Assembly: GCA_963752595.1 (NCBI GenBank)
Contig: CAVVYZ010000005.1
Span: 288,001-352,000, forward strand
Direction: 5' to 3'
From: an uncultured delta proteobacterium
GTDB taxonomy: Bacteria; Desulfobacterota; Desulfomonilia; UBA1062
Length of the DNA stretch: 64,000 nt
Under the pieces are notes generated by a model, which was not told the origin of the DNA, searched no databases, and worked only from the letters and a program-made list of their open reading frames with translations. Positions 61,353-64,000 of this stretch are shown here, piece by piece; within the stretch, counting starts at the first letter, position 1, and each line of letters begins with the position of its first letter. Made by a program: the position numbers and the translations under genes.

Positions 61353-63061
61353 ATGGCGAACGAACGTATAGGCGATCAACTCATAAAGAATGCTTTGATT
61401 ACCCCGAACAGCTCCTTGAGGCACAAAAAGCCCAGAAGGTATCCGGGACGAGGCTCGGGTCCCAGCTGGTAAAGCTCGGACATATCACCGAAGAGCAACT
61501 GGTGGATTTCCTCGGGAAGCAGTATGGCCTTCCGTCGATAATCCTGAAAGAACTCAATCCGGATCCGGACGTTATAAAGCTCATCCCGGTCAATATCGTT
61601 CAGAAATACAATGCCATAGCCTTTGAGCGGAACGGCTCCACCCTCAAGGTCGCCATGACGGATCCCACCAATATCTTTGCCGTAGATGACCTTAAATTCC
61701 TGACCGGCTATTCCATCGACGTCCATGTCACCTCCGAAGAGTCCCTGAAATGGGCCCTGGATCATTACTATGATCAGGCCGCATCCCTGGACGATGCCCT
61801 GAGCAGCATGGAAGACGAGCAGGGCAATATGGAGGTTGCGACAGAGGGAAGCGATGCAGCGGTCGGCGATCTGGAAAAAGAGGCGGATCAGGCACCGGTT
61901 ATCAAGCTGGTGAACCTTACCCTCGTGGATGCCATAAAAAAAGGCGCGAGCGATATTCATATCGAGCCCTACGAAAAATTCATGCGCATACAGGTTCAGG
62001 CTGGACGGCATGCTCTATGAAGTCATGAAACCTCCGATCCGGCTGAAAAACGCCTTAGTATCCCGGTTGAAAATCATGGCCAAGCTCGACATCGCCGAAC
62101 GCAGACTTCCCCAGGACGGGCGTATCAAGTTGAGGGTACAGGGCGGAAAAGAGGTCGAATTCCGGGTCTCCGTTCTACCCACCCTCTTTGGCGAGAAGGT
62201 GGTCTTGAGAATCCTGGATAAATCCAATCTGCAGCTGGACATGACCAAGCTCGGGTTCGAAGAAGGCGCACTTGCCAGATTCAAGGAAGGCATCTATAAA
62301 CCATGGGGCATGGTCCTCGTAACAGGTCCTACAGGTTCAGGAAAAACAACAACACTATATTCGGCAATTTCCGAACTCAACAAGATCGACAGCAATATTT
62401 CGACAGCTGAAGATCCTGTGGAGTTCAACATGCCCGGAGTGAACCAGGTGCAGATGCATGAAGAGATCGGCCTTACCTTTGCCGCTGCCCTGAGATCCTT
62501 CCTCAGGCAGGACCCGGATATTATCCTCGTGGGAGAGATCCGGGATTTTGAAACAGCGGAGATCGGCATAAAGGCAGCATTAACCGGTCACCTCGTCCTC
62601 TCTACACTGCATACCAACGATGCGCCATCCACAATAAACCGACTTCTCAATATGGGCATCGAGCCATTCCTCGTTGCATCGTCCGTGAATCTCATCGTGG
62701 CCCAGAGGCTTGCCAGAAAAGTCTGCCCTGCATTGCAAGGAACGGGATGACGTCGTCGTTGGAGACCCTCATCCAGATGGGTATGGATCAGGAAGCATGC
62801 CCAGAAGATAGAGTGCTTCAAGGGAAAAGGCTGCTCCGTATGCGGGAATACCGGATATAAGGGAAGGATAGCCCTCTATGAAGTCATGCCGGTAACCGAA
62901 GCGATACAGAGAATTGATTCTCATGGGTGCATCGGCAACCGAGATCAAGAACGAAGCAATTACCCAGGGGATGAAAACCCTGAGACAGAGCGGCCTCACC
63001 AAGATTCGTCGAGGGCGTGACTTCAGTCTCCGAGATTTTGAGAATCACCATGGCAGATTAA
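61353..63061 (+). CDS. pilB: Type IV pilus extension ATPase PilB with N-terminal MshEN-like motif, several frameshifts
   Basis: [10 protein letters not shown]..., [61 protein letters not shown]. Confidence 0.93.
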
Positions 63062-63076
63062 TCATGGGAGGAACTT

Positions 63077-64000
63077 TTGGAACAACAGCATATACGATCT
63101 CCTCAAGACGATGGTGGAAAAAGGGGCTTCAGACCTGCATATTACAACGGGATCACCGCCACAGGTACGAGTCCGGGGAGAGCTTTATCCCCTTGATGCA
63201 CCCATCCTTGATCCCCAGGTCCACAAGGCAGATACTGTATTCAATCCTTACCGAGGCTCAGAAACACAAGTTTGAGGAAGAGCAGGAACTGGATCTCTCC
63301 TTCGGAATCAAAGGCCTTGCCCGATTCAGGGCAAATATCTTCATCCAGAGGGGTGCGCTTGCCGGGGTGTTCAGGATGATCCCCTATGACATCGTCGCCC
63401 TTGAAACCCTTGGGCTCCCGAATACGTGATGCAAGCTCACGTACCTTCCCGAGAGGACTCGTCCTTGTGACCGGACCGACAGGGAGCGGAAAATCCACAA
63501 CACTGGCCGCGTTCCTCGATAAAATCAATACGGAACGCCACGATCATATTGTCACCATAGAAGATCCCATAGAGTTCGTACACAAGCACAAGGATTGTAT
63601 CGTCAATCAGAGGGAAGTCGGAGCGGATACAAAGAATTTTACCAATGCGCTCAAATATATTCTGAGGCAGGACCCGGACGTCGTATTCATCGGAGAGATG
63701 CGAGACCTGGAGACCATGCAGGCAGCTCTTACCATTGCCGAAACAGGCCACCTGGTTTTTGCGACGCTCCATACGAATTCTGCTGTGCAGACAGTGAATC
63801 GCGTCGTGGATGCCTTCCCGGCCCACCAGCAATCCCAGGTACGGGCGCAGCTGTCTTTTGTACTCGAAGCAGTAATCTCCCAGCAGCTCCTGCCGAGGTC
63901 GGACGGAAAAGGAAGAGCTCTTGCATCGGAACTGATGATATCAACACCTGCCATCAGAAACCTGATCAGGGAAGATAAAATTCACCAGATCTATTCCCAG
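63077..64000 (+). CDS. pilT: Type IV pilus retraction ATPase PilT, frameshifted, runs off the window end
   Basis: GASDLHITTGSPP, ARFRANIF, GPTGSGKSTT, TIEDPIE, NQREVG, LRQDPD, AETGHLVFATLHTN, AIRNLIRE motif. Confidence 0.93.

Noticed and set aside
61353-64000. Phase variation or inactivation of pilB/pilT
   Set aside because: Indels are scattered, not in long simple-sequence tracts, and conserved motifs are retained; likely sequencing error.

Overview
A 64 kb stretch of bacterial chromosome. Gene content suggests an anaerobic deltaproteobacterium/Desulfobacterota; this is inference. In order, it carries: a moxR-DUF58-batABCD-type operon (minus strand); a PAS hybrid kinase, Hsp20, a sigma-54 REC-PAS activator and a thioredoxin-like gene; a chemosensory cluster (MCP, cheW, cheR, cheD, cheB, MCP-like, STAS, cheY, cheA); pncA, an MFS transporter, tungstate ABC tupABC with a TaoR-like regulator and an NtrC-type two-component pair; mtaB-polX-ECF ATPase-DUF151; glgA and an orphan divergent dnaA paralogue; a MenK/MqnK-like radical SAM enzyme; ftsB-like-pilMNOPQ; ftsH-folP-acpS-tsaE-lysC-cimA; tRNA-Lys/tRNA-Glu; an HD-GYP regulator; and pilB-pilT. 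Many genes carry single-base frameshifts (worst in cheA, polX, pilB, pilT), most likely long-read errors. I saw no CRISPR array, prophage or intact IS. The strongest unexplained signal is a sigma-28/FliA-like bipartite motif, TAAA-N16-(G/T/C)CCGAT(A), with identical spacing upstream of both type IV pilus loci, the chemosensory genes, a sigma-54 activator and an orphan gene. MshEN-like c-di-GMP motifs occur in both PilB and CheA. Together these suggest a sigma-28 plus c-di-GMP controlled pilus/chemosensory regulon. A second candidate is the dnaA paralogue with an altered DNA-recognition helix, preceded by variant DnaA boxes.
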